A DNA stretch of 64,000 nt from Camelus dromedarius (lineage: Eukaryota). The notes beneath the pieces were generated by a model, which had not been told where the DNA came from, searched no databases, and saw only the letters and a list, made by a program, of their open reading frames with translations. Location of the stretch: positions 26,600,001 through 26,664,000 of the forward strand of contig NC_087436.1 of assembly GCF_036321535.1 (NCBI RefSeq). Reading direction: 5' to 3'. Position numbers and translations under genes: made by a program. Numbering within the stretch: the first letter of the stretch is position 1; each line of letters starts with the position of its first letter. Below, piece after piece: positions 51,690 through 64,000 of the stretch.

Positions 51690-54600
51690 ATAGGCCAGAA
51701 GATGAAATTTTTCATAGGGTAATCAGGGAAGTGTTTTCTCACTCAAGATTACGTTTGAGCAGATACTGGAATGAAGTGAAGGATTAAGATATTTGAATAC
51801 CATCATGAAGTGCCTTTAAATGTATGAAAAACAGCCCCAAAGACATGTCTAGAGTAAGGACTAAGTGAAGGAAGAGTGGAAGTTCAGAGGATCATTAAGA
51901 ACATGGCGTAAGTTCAGCTTTACAGATCATGGTATGAGAGCCAGTGACCACAGACTTTGTAAGCAAAAGAATGGCTTGTTTGGAACAACGTTTTGAAGAG
52001 ATCACTCTGGCTGCTCTGTAGAAATGGATTGTGGGGGCACAAGAGTAGAAGCTGTGAAATCATTCTTTTTTTTTCTTTTTATTAAACATATGGACATATA
52101 GATTTGGCACTTGAGGGGATTTGAATAATGGAAACAACACTTTTAGCTGAAATGATAGTTCCTCTGGGAAGTTGGCCTTGAATCATTATGCAGAGTTAAG
52201 TACTTTCTTCTCTGGATCCATAGAACATCATTTTCAAACGTCTACTAGAAATAGAACCGACTTCATTTTTATGGTTATTTGATCATATATCTGCAAACAC
52301 CATTAGTAGATTATAAGCCTCTAGAGAACTGATTTCTGAGTTTGTACATCTTTCTGCCTGGTGGTTACCATATTGTAGGTAATCAATAAATTTTACTGAA
52401 TGTATGAATGGACCCGAGCTCTTAAATATCCAGCCATACTGCTTGTCTTATTTATTTTTTGCATAAGAAAAGCATCTTTTAAAAATATTTTAAACCTATT
52501 TCATTTAGCACACATATTGAAATGAATATCACTATATTCACGAGATGACTTAGACAGTAATAACTTCTTTTTCTGTATGGTACATTCTAGCAATTTTATG
52601 ACCTTTATAGCCAAGTTTCCTTTTCTTATGGTTTTAATACAACATATTGCAGCAGGCTGAAATGAAATCTTTATTTTATACCATATGGTAGTCTTCCAGT
52701 AACAGTCAACAATGAGTAAAAATTTGAGGAGGAAAAAAGTAACATTCCATTCCACATAGTATTATTCTGTTAGCACTTGCTGAGAAATAAACTTAAATAA
52801 GAGATCTAGCATAGTCAATAGAGAATGCAGAAAACTAATACTAGTCTGTACTTGTGTTTTAGAATTCCATAAAACTAGAAGGTTTTTGTTTAACCTTTAA
52901 ACGTTGTTAAAATGTGCAGTACTGTTTAACTTTCTAAACAAGTAGTAAAAAGCAAAAAATGTTGTACACTAAGGGATAACATGAAATAAGTGATTATAAA
53001 TTGCTACAGTCATGTCTCAATTGCTCATGTAAATATTTGTTTATATCTTCAGTCTTTTCCACTGATACTTCTCATTTGTTTCTAAATAACTAAAACAAGA
53101 AGAAATAACCATCTACACACTACTTTTAAATTATCCATTTAGGTATTTTCCTAATGTGTATATTTGTAATACTTATGAATATGGTTTTATACCTTAAGGT
53201 TTAATTAGAAGCCATTTCTATTTTAAGACACCATTACCTTTGTAAAATAAAAAATAAAAAAAAAAAAAAGATTTGCAAACAAACTAAATTTTCCTTTTAC
53301 AGACAAGAGTGATATAACATTTTCAGTGTCCCGAACACTTGTAATTCTATTCTCTATTTTATCTTTTTTTTTCAAAATCAACAATAGTATATAATGAGCA
53401 TGCCAGCAATGAATTTTTAATAATCTGAGTAAAAAAGAACATATTTTAAGAAGTATTTAAAATATTATTGAATAAGATGTTTATACCAAAGAGAATCCTT
53501 GAACTAGGCCAGTCTTGAGTCTTATTACTATAGTTAAATAGCAGGTATAGTTCTTGCTAGTTTATGTAATTTCTATCACATCTTGAGAACAAAGCAGCAT
53601 TTGTGTATGTATTTTTAAATAACAAAGATCAAGTCAGAATGGAAACTATCACTAATAAAGGAAATTTTGAGCATCAGATCTGTGTACATGAATGCCTCTC
53701 CCTAGTTTTTAATTCATTTCTTGGCAGTAAGTTAAATGCAGGGGTTACACTTGTCTTTCAGGCACCGGAATACAATTGGGAGACAAATTGTATGTTTTCC
53801 TATAGCTTTGAGTAAGTAAATGTCACTGTGGGCTTTTGAAATATGTAATCACTACTGGTCAGTTATCATATTCATTTGATTTTATTTTAAATTAAACAGA
53901 AAACACTAGATCTATTCTATTTGATTATTTTTTTAGCAGAGAAACCTTTAGGCAGAATTATAAATTAAACTATTGCTTCCTTTAGAAGGACATTCATTTC
54001 TTAAGGCTTATCGACATTGGTCTAATTTAGTTTTAATGCAGTGGGGTCACTTAAGTTGAGATCACATGGTTTGTTTTTGCATCTTGTTCTGCAGAGGTTT
54101 ACCTCGTGAGATTAAGAAATCAGTGCTTCTACTAGGTATTCAGTTTACTCCCTCCCGTGAGTCCATGAGAGCTTATATATTTCTACTTAGGGAGGCCTGC
54201 TGAGAGGCCAGAGTGGTTTCTTCAACTTCAAAGTAATCATCGCTATCCCTCTGAAACAGCTCTTCCCTAGAGCACAATTAGGGTGATTCTTCCCCTTTGC
54301 ACAGAACTGCTTTTAATCACTTTGAAGTGGCTGTAATTATTTCTTTCTGACCATTGTTAGGTCTGGATGCACCAAGGTTACAAGCAGTGCCTCAGTATTC
54401 TGTCTTCAAACCTGCGTTAAATACTGAGCGAGAGACTCTCAGCATCATGTTCTCTATCCCAGTGTTGGTGGGGCAGTTAACACAGGAAACAGAGAAGATA
54501 AACTCGGCCTCCTGGGCAACAAAGGGATAAAGCTGACTCAGGATGCAGAATTCACTAATCTTATGTGAGGCTCAGCAAAATCACTAAAAAAACAAACAAA

Positions 54601-55469
54601 CAAAAAAAACCGCTGCCTCAATAACCCACCAATCTCACTTTTAGAAAAAATAAAGCCTATTAATAAATACCAATGATTTCCTTTTAATGGCAAATTTTAG
54701 TATAATTCTTTATATTGGTCTAGAAAATTATTTTAATATATAAAAGTGAAGTTCTATCTTTAATATAACTAATAGGCCAAAATAACTGAAATGCTTTCAT
54801 GCCCTTAAAAATATTCTGCTAAAAAAGTTCCTTCCACATTTTTTCTTGGAATCTTATTTACAGGCTGGTATCCATTCATGCATGAAACTGTTCTTTGGTT
54901 TCATGAAAGGAGTGTACAAGTCACACGTGATGGCTTACACAGCCAAAGGGTGCTTGAATTTTATTGTTTTATTTATTTTTGTATGAATAAAGAGTAAAAA
55001 TCTGTCTGTAGCAACAATTTAAAGGTTTAGTTTGTGTTTAATATCTTAGACTTACATATTTGGTTATACTAGAAAACACATATATACTCAGCTAAAATGA
55101 GACTATCTAAAATTTAAAAATTTTACAATTTATAATTCACATAGTAATCTTCAGTGTCTGTCATAATATCTGCCTCTTTCTCATTGTGTCAGCGTGGTTA
55201 AGGAAGCATGTTTGAAGTCAGGCCAACAACATCTGCTATGTTACTAAATGCAGTGATCAATTTGCAGTCCTCATCCTATTTGACTTAGCACTACCTGACA
55301 GAGTTGATAATTCTGTTTCTTTGGAAATACTTTTTTTCCTGGTTAAAAGACACCAGAAATACCTGGGCTTTTTTCCAGCCCCACTGGCTTCTCTTAGTTT
55401 TCTTTGATTCCTTTTCGTTTCTCTAATCCCTTAACAACTACAGTGCTCTCAGGATTCCTTCCTTGATTC

Positions 55470-55985
55470 TTATAATTATCCCAGAGTAATAAGCTATCTG
55501 AAACTTCAGTGGCTTAAAACAATATTTATTATTGCTCAGGAATCCATGTGTCCTCTGAGCAGTTCTGCTGATCTGGGACAGGTGCTGTGGGTTTTACTGC
55601 TTATTCATACATATGTGTGCAGCTGATGTGCTGTCTGATGTGCGGTTGGTCAGAATAGCCTCACTCACTTCTGGAGGCTGATTGGCTAGTTGGCCTGGAC
55701 ATTAGAGGTGACTGAGCCACAAGACTCTCGCATCCAGCAGGCTTAGCCTAAGCTTGTTCATGTGCCCTCACCCAGCTTCACAAAGAGAAATCAGAAGCAT
55801 GTGAGGTGTCTAGAGGCCTGGCTTGACATTTCCATTGCAACATGTTGTTCAAAGCATGTCACAAGCATGGCCAGGATTCCAAGGGATTTGAGTAGTGCCA
55901 CCTCTCAATGGAATGAACTATGAAGTCACATTGGAAAGGGCACAAATTGAAGGAGAGTTAAGAATTGGGGACACACTTGTAAATA
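55470..55985 (-). mobile_element. MLT1 MaLR LTR (antisense)
   Basis: aaacttcagtggcttaaaacaatatttattattgctca...tctgctgatctggg...gcctcactcacttctgg...agcttgttcatgtg...caaagcatgtcacaagc..ccaggattccaaggg...cacctctcaatggaa. Confidence 0.8.
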
Positions 55986-56351
55986 ACATTCCCTGACCAC
56001 TTCCTATCTATTTGTTTTTATTTCATCAGTGATCATACCCAGTTGCAGAAATGGTTTTAAATACCATCCACATGCTGATAACTTACAAATTTATAATCTA
56101 ACTAGTACATCTCCCTGAAACTTCAGATATACAGAACCAATTTCTTATTAGATATTTTTAATTGGGTGCCAAAAAATCCTCTTGTCCAACCTACCCACCT
56201 GCTTCTGCAAAATTCTTCCACATCTTAGGTGTTGTCGTCTGCAATCTTCGGTTTACCAGGCCAAAAAACTTAAAGTAATGCTAAAGCCCTTCTTTCTTCC
56301 CCCCATACTCCACATCCAAACCAGCAATACATCATCTCTCTATCTGAAAAG

Positions 56352-56847
56352 TGTTGGGGAGAACAAATGTTTTCTCTACCCATCTTAGGTTCTTGGCTGG
56401 GGGTGTGTTATATACATGGAAGAAACTCAGGGATGAGTAACATAAGAGGTGGCTTAGAACTCAGGCTTATAAAGAATCCTTAACAACATCAAAAAAACAC
56501 ATTTGTAAAGAAATAGTTTAAGACTTCCAAGGTCTTCAGGCTAAGAAGGTAAATACGTCGGGGGAAGCTAATAGTAGATAAAGGCTAGTTAGTGAAGTTT
56601 GCTACCTAGGTTCCTCTGGTGCCATCTTTGGGTTGATAAGGGTCTAAAGTTGTCTCTGGTGATTAACTTTGGCCCTTTTTTATGGAGAAAAGAGAAGGGG
56701 CACCTTTGTAAATGTATGTCCTGCTTTTAGGAAAAGAGGGAGAGGGTAGAAAGCTATTCTTATATCTGCTTCTCAGTTACCTTCAGCTGAAAATTATTCT
56801 TTATTGGAAAGTGGCATATTTGAGGTGGCAAATCCTGCTATGCTACA
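56352..56847 (-). mobile_element. MER34-related ERV1 solo LTR (antisense)
   Basis: TG...CA termini and a perfect 4-bp TSD aaag (56348-56351, 56848-56851). The reverse complement begins tgtagcatagcaggatttgccacctcaaaatatgccactttcc..ttttcagctgaagg, like the LTR at 49153. Confidence 0.85.
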
Positions 56848-57329
56848 AAAGATGCAGGTATCTGGCTACTTTTCTTCAGCTCTAGTACCTCCATATCCAA
56901 ATAAATATTATCTCCCAAGTGTATTATTAAAACACATCTGTTTTCTTCCTTCTGCCCTAACTCACCTAAAATCTATTCTCCCTCAGCAGCCAGCGTAATC
57001 CTGTTAAAACTTAAGTCAACTTTATCAGCATTCTACTCAACACCTTTCTACAGCTCTGACTCATACAGTATAAAAGCCATTATCATTCCAATGAGTCCTT
57101 CCCCACATCATGTTTGATTCTTCACATATCATGTTATTTCTGGTTCAAGTAATCTTATGTAACCTACTAAGTTCATACTTGCTCATCAGATTATCTGAAT
57201 TTAAGGAAAATATTCTATTCTTTTAGATTTATTGTTACTTTACAATGTTGGGAAGTACATCATTCCAGAACCTAAAAATACCTTCAATATTGTTTACACA
57301 CAATTTCCATAAATTAATAAAAATACTCA

Positions 57330-58850
57330 AGCATAGAAGACCTGATTAAAAATAGAGATTAAACAATCAAAAGAAACAGACTCACAGGAGACCACATAAG
57401 AGACTTAATGACTATGAACATTAGAGTAACAATGCTTAATAATCAGTGAAATAGAAGGTGAGACTAGGAAAATTTCCAAAGAACTAGAAACTTTAAAAAG
57501 AACTGTGTGGAAAATCTAGAACTGAAAATACAGTAGCTAAATTATGAAACTCAGTAGTTATTTTTGAAAACAAAAAAGAAATGATAAAATATTTAGTAGA
57601 CTGAGAGATGTGTCAGAAGAAAATACACAGATTGAAGTAGGAAAGAAAAAAAGGTATAATGCAACAAAAGATATTAAAAGACATATGGCAGATAATAAAA
57701 AAGTTATATATATGGATTGCCAGCAGAGAAGTAATATCTAAAGAGATAACAGTTGATTTTTTTTCCCTAAAACTAATGAAAGGCACTAAACCACAGATTC
57801 AAGAGCAGGAAAAATAAAAGAAAGCCACACGTAAACATATCATGGTATCATTGTTGAAAACCAGTAACAGAGTGCTGTAAGCCATCTTAGAAAAAAAAAT
57901 ACCACTATTTTTAAGTGAGCAACAAGACACACTGAGAGCTGACAACAGCAGCAAGCAATGAAGAACAAAAAAGAAGGAAATGATAGTTTCAGATTGCTGG
58001 GAAAAAAAAAACTGCCAACCTACAAGTCTATACCCAATAAGAATAGCCTTCAAAATAACAGTGAGATAAATACTATTCAGGAAAAAAAAGAAAGCCTATT
58101 AGTTAACTACATACTAGGACTAAAGGAAATCTAAAGAGTGTTCTTCAGGTGAAAGAGTCCTAATAATCCAGGAGAAACATTTATCAAAACTGCCACAAGA
58201 AAAAAGTCGAAACAGTTATATGATCATATGTGCCTACATATGTGCATGTATGTGTGTGTGTGCAAACACACATGATACTGTAAGAAACAAAGCCTACAGA
58301 ATATCACTCAGTAACACAGATGCAGAAATTCTCCAACATATTTGCAAACACATTGAAGCAATATATAAAAATAAAAATACAAACTATGTAGGTTTATTGA
58401 AGAAATACAAAATTAGCATAATAATGTAATTCACTTTAATGAAGGAAGGAAAAAAATATGTTTACTGCAATATACGAAAGAGAAAAGCAGTGAGTACAAT
58501 TCAATGTCAATTCATGTTGAAAGAACCTCACACTTCTTAAGAAATGGAACGCAAGTGGAAATCTAATTTTTTAAGTTTTTCTCCTATAAAAATATCTATA
58601 AATCATATCAAGGTATCATACTTGATTGGAAAATACTGAAATAGGTTTTTTTCTGAAAGAAAACCTGCCATCATTTCTGCACAGCTTTTGACAGAGACCT
58701 AGCCCGTTGCAATAAGTAAAATAATATTAACAACAACAAAATGTATAAAAAAGGAATTTGTAGCCACATCATGATACACCTAGAAAACTCCAAAGGACCT
58801 ACAGATGAACCACTAAAATTAAGCAAATATTAATAATTTCACAACACATG
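57330..58850 (+). mobile_element. Old LINE-1 remnant (ORF1 and parts of ORF2)
   Basis: A-rich; ggaaaatctagaactgaaaatacagtagc, aaaccacagattcaagag, aactgccaacctacaagtctataccca..gaatagccttcaaaa, aacacagatgcagaaattctccaaca. Confidence 0.7.
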
Positions 58851-59479
58851 CAAATACTATATAAAAACATAAACACACACAAGCATGATATAGTATGGCA
58901 TACATTTCTACAAATTATGTAATTCACCATAGGTTCAGACTATTAGGGCATATTGTCTTGCTGTATCACTGAGAAATCCTTTTTTATATTTACTTTTTGG
59001 AGTGTCAACACTGAAAATCATATACAGTTCTTATAACCACTGAATACGTTTGCTCTCCGTTGCCACTGACTGCCATGCTGCTGTGCCCCAGTGACTATGG
59101 AGAGGCTTTATTCATTACTGCACTTTTCTTTTTCTATGTGTAATATGGGCGGTGTTACACTGCTGGTGAAGAAAACAGATAAGAAACGCAAATACAGCCT
59201 GGTACCAAGTTCTATATGTTAAACAAAGATATGTTGATTTTCCTTTGTTCTTTCTGTTTCAAGAGCAAATTCAATGAACTCATCAGGTTATTGTTGCTTT
59301 TTCTGTCAAGTCCCCTGTTCCTACCAATCACACACTTAGCCCGGCTCCTTCATATCCACTCTATGTATTTGAGTTGACAAGAATTACACTAGCTGGAGAA
59401 ACTAATTTGTATATTATCATATTTTATTAGTGCTTGATTAATAGTATTTTCTTCATCCACATTTGGTTTGGGTGGACAT

Positions 59480-60025
59480 TGTTAGAGCAGGCTGGTAGCT
59501 AGATATGAGCCGGGAAAGGGGGAGATGGGCCAAATGGCAGAAAACCATACATCTTATGAACAACAAGGGTCCTTGGACAGACCAAGAAAAGCAGGAACCT
59601 CCAGACGGATAAGAGACCATACATTCTGGGTTGACAAATGTCCTGGAGGCAAAAAAAGAAAGATGGGACAAGAAGGAATCCCCACCACCCAAATGTAACC
59701 TTTAGCTCATCATGACTTCAAGTGACTTTCTGATCAAGACTAAATAAAGACAAACCCCATCCCCCCAGGGAAGATGGAGCTGGGCTGAAGATCAGGAAAG
59801 ATAACCCCAAACACCTCCCGGACACTGAATATTCTGCCCACTCATTTTTACACCCATATAAGCAGCTTGCCAAAGAAACTAGGGGAAGTTACCCACCTAG
59901 GTCTGCCCGCTCTTCCCTGGAGAGCATAATATCTGTCCCTAAATAAATCCTTGCTTTGCTTTCTTGACCTCCGTGTCTTGTTTCTGGATTCTTTCTGCGA
60001 CAGGACAGTAACCTTCTCTCTGACA
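59480..60025 (+). mobile_element. ERV1-type solo LTR
   Basis: TG...CA termini, 4-bp flanks acat/atat, TATA-like catataag 59855-59862, AATAAA 59942-59947, then a T/GT-rich U5-like tract. Confidence 0.8.
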
Positions 60026-62809
60026 ATATATTCAGTAATGAAGACCCATAGAGTTTGTTGTAAATATTGCATCACATCATTCTTTGAAGAGTTGTTTGTT
60101 GAGTGACTATGTATTCTCTAGCAGGTATATATAGGAATTGTGGACACACTGAAGAAATCTACACACAATAAATATGTTAAGATATGCCTTATAGTCAAGG
60201 GCTGAAAATGCCTTGGAAGATAAAATTGCTTCTTAATTTCAATGCCAGTTGTAAGAACATATCTATAGGTGTCCTTTTTAAGCTACATATTAATTACTAT
60301 TAAGATAGCAACCTTCTTATTTCACGTATTTCCACTTTGCGTAGAGTTATGAAAACCTTTACCAACAGAGTATTATTTCAAACTACTGAGTGTCATAGAA
60401 CACTTATAAGAAGATAATAAAAAGTTCACTTTTTTTTAATCCCACTTCAGATATGTCCAGCTATTTAATTTAAGCAATCTATTTACATACTTCTGGCTCC
60501 TATTTTACCATTGATTGCCATGCAGATAATTTTAAAAATTGAGGCGACAAGACCTCAAGAAGTTTCCTATTCCTTCCTCAGTTTTCTGTCAGTATTATAT
60601 CTAAATTGTAGGAGGAATCAGAATTTCATTCTTTACTTCTATTTCTCTGAAGGGAAAGACATGATACAACCTCAAAGAGCCATCTATTTTAATATCAATT
60701 ACTGTTACTGCCCAAAATGTCTTTATTTTAGTTTTAGTTATTTTAAATTTCTCTTTCTGCAATTCAAGTGTGTGATTTTTACTTTTCCCAAGCTTTGGAC
60801 AGGGAAAGGTAGATGGGAGACATGTACTTAGTGCCACGGCTGAGGGAGGAAAAAACAGTGAGAGAGAGACAGAGACAAAGAAAGGCAGGGGGAAGAGGGT
60901 AAGGTTTTCCTTTCTATCTTTTTTAAGTAAACAATTTTAAAGGCATCACTACTTATCTTCTTTCTGGCTCTTCCTTTAATCAACTGAGATTTCACTTCAT
61001 TAAACATTCTCTTCTAACCTTGACTACCTAATTCCAGTACACCACAAAGATTTTTTTTTAAACAATAGAAATAAACTAATCACTACAGAAAAGTGAATGC
61101 AGTTTCCATAATACAACTGATAGATTGCATCTTCATTCTGTTTTAAAGTGTATACATAAAAGTGTTAGCACAATGTCTTGAATATGAAAGCAAGCTTTGT
61201 GCCCCCGCTTTTTTTTTTTTTTTCCAGAGTTGCCAACACGAGGAATATAGAAACGATTTACCTTCATCTTTTGATGGTAGTGTTGCTGGTATGTCAGCAA
61301 TTTTCTATTACCAGATACAGCAGCTGACTCTGTACTGGGTAGGTGCTTTTTCTTTGATACGTAGACAACTTTCTGGAACCTTTTAAGGACTGGAATGTAC
61401 TAACATTTGTGTGTTGCTGAACTGTATGGGCCCTGTCACTTTAACCTTCCTTCTGTACTAGAAACAAAGTGTCCTATCTCTTTGCTTTTCCCAAGTGCTG
61501 AATTTTGCTTGGAGACTTTTATCGCAAGCTCTATTTTCAACCATCACAGCACAGTTCAGCAGATTGGGACTCAGTAGGGTATTTCTCCAGAACATTTTTT
61601 TTTATTGAATGCAAAGTTATATGCTCAAATTACTCCAATTTTTAATTGTTATTGGACAGATAGAATCTGTCGTAAGTACGTGTCCTCATTCTTACTCAGG
61701 TTTAGAGAAATTATCCCTCCTAAACAAAGACGAAACAGATTTCGATGCAATATTTACACGTTTGCCTGTTTAATAACTTCACAGTGTTAAAGCAGCAGTG
61801 ATAACTGTTTAGCTACTTAGTTGAAAATTTCCTATCTTTTTACATTTTAACAGACCTACCGAAGACAGTTCCTTTAAAAAATGAAGCTCATTTTAGACTA
61901 TTCTAGGATGTAATTAGGCACTGTCATACGATTCTCTATTTTATGTTTAGTGTTTCTGTCTCCATGATTACACTATAATGACAATGACAGTGGAAGCATT
62001 TTGTATGCTTACATTCTCCTGCAGTTTCCAAAATTGTGCTTGTTCATATTTTCATGTTAGGAATTTAATAAATGCAAACTGATTCACTTATTGAATAATG
62101 TGTCTTACCTGCCTTAAAAGATGTTGAGAGATCTCTGTGGTTTTTTGTTTTAAGACCAGTTTACTATTGCCAGTAAATCACATGGTTAAGCCACCATCTA
62201 TTTCACCCATGAACTGACCTAGCCGTGTCTAAGATAATATTAGATATGTATTGTAATGTTAAAAGATGTTTGTCGGGTTAAATTTGAATTGGATGTAAAT
62301 TAAGAGAATTTGAGATGTATAAATCAACACCTACAAATGCCTGTTCACTGCAGAAAATGTCATCCGTGGTAAGACAGATGGAAGATATTTGAGTATGACC
62401 TTGGATAACTAACAATCTTCACATGCAAAATATCAGAATCTGGTAATAGTCATGCTTATATACACAAAGTTCTGAAAAAAATGAAGTTAACAAATCATTA
62501 TGTTAAGTAATTCTGAATACAATTTTAAAGTCACCACTTTAACTCACCGGTATTCATCTTACTAAAATAATATTTTCTTTACATACCTCATCATGTCATA
62601 AGAGATCAGGTAGTTTTAAGAGAAGTAATTATGGACAACAGTGATTGAGCTTCCCTTAAGATTGTCCTGTCAAGGTATTAAGATGTCTTGATCTATGAGA
62701 CAGATGGTATTTTAGTCTGAATGTAAGCCAACTTTGAATGGTAGATCAAAGGGAAAAGAACATTCACAAAGTTTTTAATTGAAAAACAACTTAATTTTTT
62801 GAAGTTCTA

Positions 62810-63619
62810 TGATGGCTTAGTATTTCTTTACTACTCACAACAATTCTGACACTAAGTGTGTGGTTTTTCTCCTCATATTAAGCAATTTTGATACTAACTA
62901 CCTTGAGTTAGTGCAGACCTCATAGGTTAAGGGCTCAATGCCACATGACTACCCTTTACTTTAGACTCCAACCACAATTAGTGGGTCCTAGGGTTACCTA
63001 CATTCTGTGTAACTTGGCTACAAATCGAGGATTCCCAAGACTCTCTCCTCAAGGTTAATAATTTGCTATAACAGCTCACAGAATTCAGGGAAACAATTCA
63101 CTATAACGGTTTATTACAAAGAATACAAATTGGGACCAGCCACATGGACGAGACACATGGAGTTAAATTATGGGGAAAGGGTGCAGAGCTTCCATGTGCT
63201 CTCTGGGCTCACCACCTTCCCAGAACTTCGATGTGTTCAGCAACTCAAAAGCTCTCCAAACCCCATCATTTAGGAGTTTTGTGGAGGCTTCATTAGGTAG
63301 GAATGATTGATGAAATCATTGGCTGCTGGTGATTAAATCAACCTCCAGAGTCCCTTCTTTCCCACAGGTTGGGAGTGGGTCTGAAAGTTCTAACCCTCTA
63401 ATCATTCCTTGGCTTTTCTGACATTCAGCTCCCATCCTCCAAGGGTTACCCTGTCACCTCACTAGCATAAACTCAGATATGGTTGAAAGGAGCTTGTAAT
63501 GAATAACAAAAGACCTGTCATTCAGGAAATTCCAGAAGTTTTAATAACCCTGTACTAGGAACTGGGAAAAATGTTTTTTCTTAAATACATAACTATGTTT
63601 ATTTTTATTATGATGTCAC
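62810..63619 (-). mobile_element. MER21-like LTR (near full length, antisense)
   Basis: ttctgacactaagtgtgtgg...gagttagtgcagacctcataggttaagggctca...ttggctacaaatc...cagctcacagaattcagggaaac...gagcttccatg...actagcataaactcagatatggttgaaagg..tcaggaaattcca. Confidence 0.85.
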
Positions 63620-63667
63620 CATACTGTAGTTATAGTGAAAGATTTTTATTCCTGATTTTTTATAACT

Positions 63668-63762
63668 ATGTATATTCAATTGTTATATATGTATATATAT
63701 ATTGTTATATATATTTTTATATATATATATAATTGTTATATATGTATATTGCATATACATAT
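63668..63762. repeat. TA-rich degenerate tandem repeat
   Basis: attgttatatat occurs three times among (TA)n runs. Confidence 0.85.
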
Positions 63763-64000
63763 TAAACCATAGCTATAATAATTAGATATTCAAATATTTA
63801 GGTAAATCTCAGGTTTTGTTTTCAAAGTTTTCCTCTCATATTGGGCATTTTAATCATGAGATACTCATTGTAATCATATCCAACAGCTGTGCCACTAATA
63901 AGCTTTTGAGAAGCTTCTGAAGTTAACCAGTAAGAATCGAAGATTATGTAATTGATTTTTTTTCTTTAAAAATCACACAGATCAATCTCCTGATTGGCCT

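Larger units (their letters stand above)
50590..52060 (-). mobile_element. L2 remnant split by nested LTRs
   Basis: Antisense L2 tail (ttcattcat..tttactgcatgcctacaatatgcaaagcagtg..gatgaacaagacaga) at 50590-50725 resumes at about 51700 (tttgagcagatact, gatcactctggctgctctgtagaaatggattgtgggggcacaagagtagaagc). Confidence 0.7.
55220..57100 (+). mobile_element. L2 remnant split by two LTR insertions
   Basis: Pyrimidine-rich L2 ORF2/3' motifs at 55220-55465 (cagtcctcatcctatttgac), 55990-56351 (tttaaataccatccacatgctgata) and 56852-57100 (tctattctccctcagcagccagcgtaatcctgttaaaac). Confidence 0.7.

Noticed and set aside
54875..54908. Overlapping short palindromes (ttcatgcatgaa, tttcatgaaa) and an 8-bp hairpin
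   Set aside because: Too short for a pre-miRNA or MITE and expected occasionally by chance.
1..64000. CRISPR arrays, operons, tRNA/rRNA genes, CpG island, processed pseudogene
   Set aside because: I saw no regularly spaced repeats, long ORFs, structured-RNA signatures, CpG-rich island or retrocopied mRNA. The sequence is mammalian non-coding DNA.

Overview
This is AT-rich, CpG-depleted placental-mammal genomic DNA, intronic or intergenic. I recognise no protein-coding gene, RNA gene or prokaryotic-type system. The short ORFs in the track are chance ORFs or antisense/frameshifted reads through LINE-1 and LTR remnants. A large share of the window is fossil transposons: old and younger LINE-1 (several nested, with readable target-site duplications, one with a twin-priming inversion), L2, MIR, MaLR/ERVL/ERV1 LTRs and hAT DNA transposons. 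The younger L1 3' ends look artiodactyl-type, and I saw no Alu, B1/B2, Bov-tA/BovB, PRE-1 or SINEC, so a camelid source is a tentative inference. The strongest non-repeat signal is a compact cluster of muscle-type motifs at about 5.84-6.00 kb (perfect CArG box, MEF2-like site, MEIS site, several E-boxes, NR4A-type site), probably an enhancer. Several splice-site-bounded candidate exons or microexons occur in unique sequence, but I cannot assign them to a gene. Repeat family names come from memory of consensus sequences, not from a database search. I found no convincing novel biological system.
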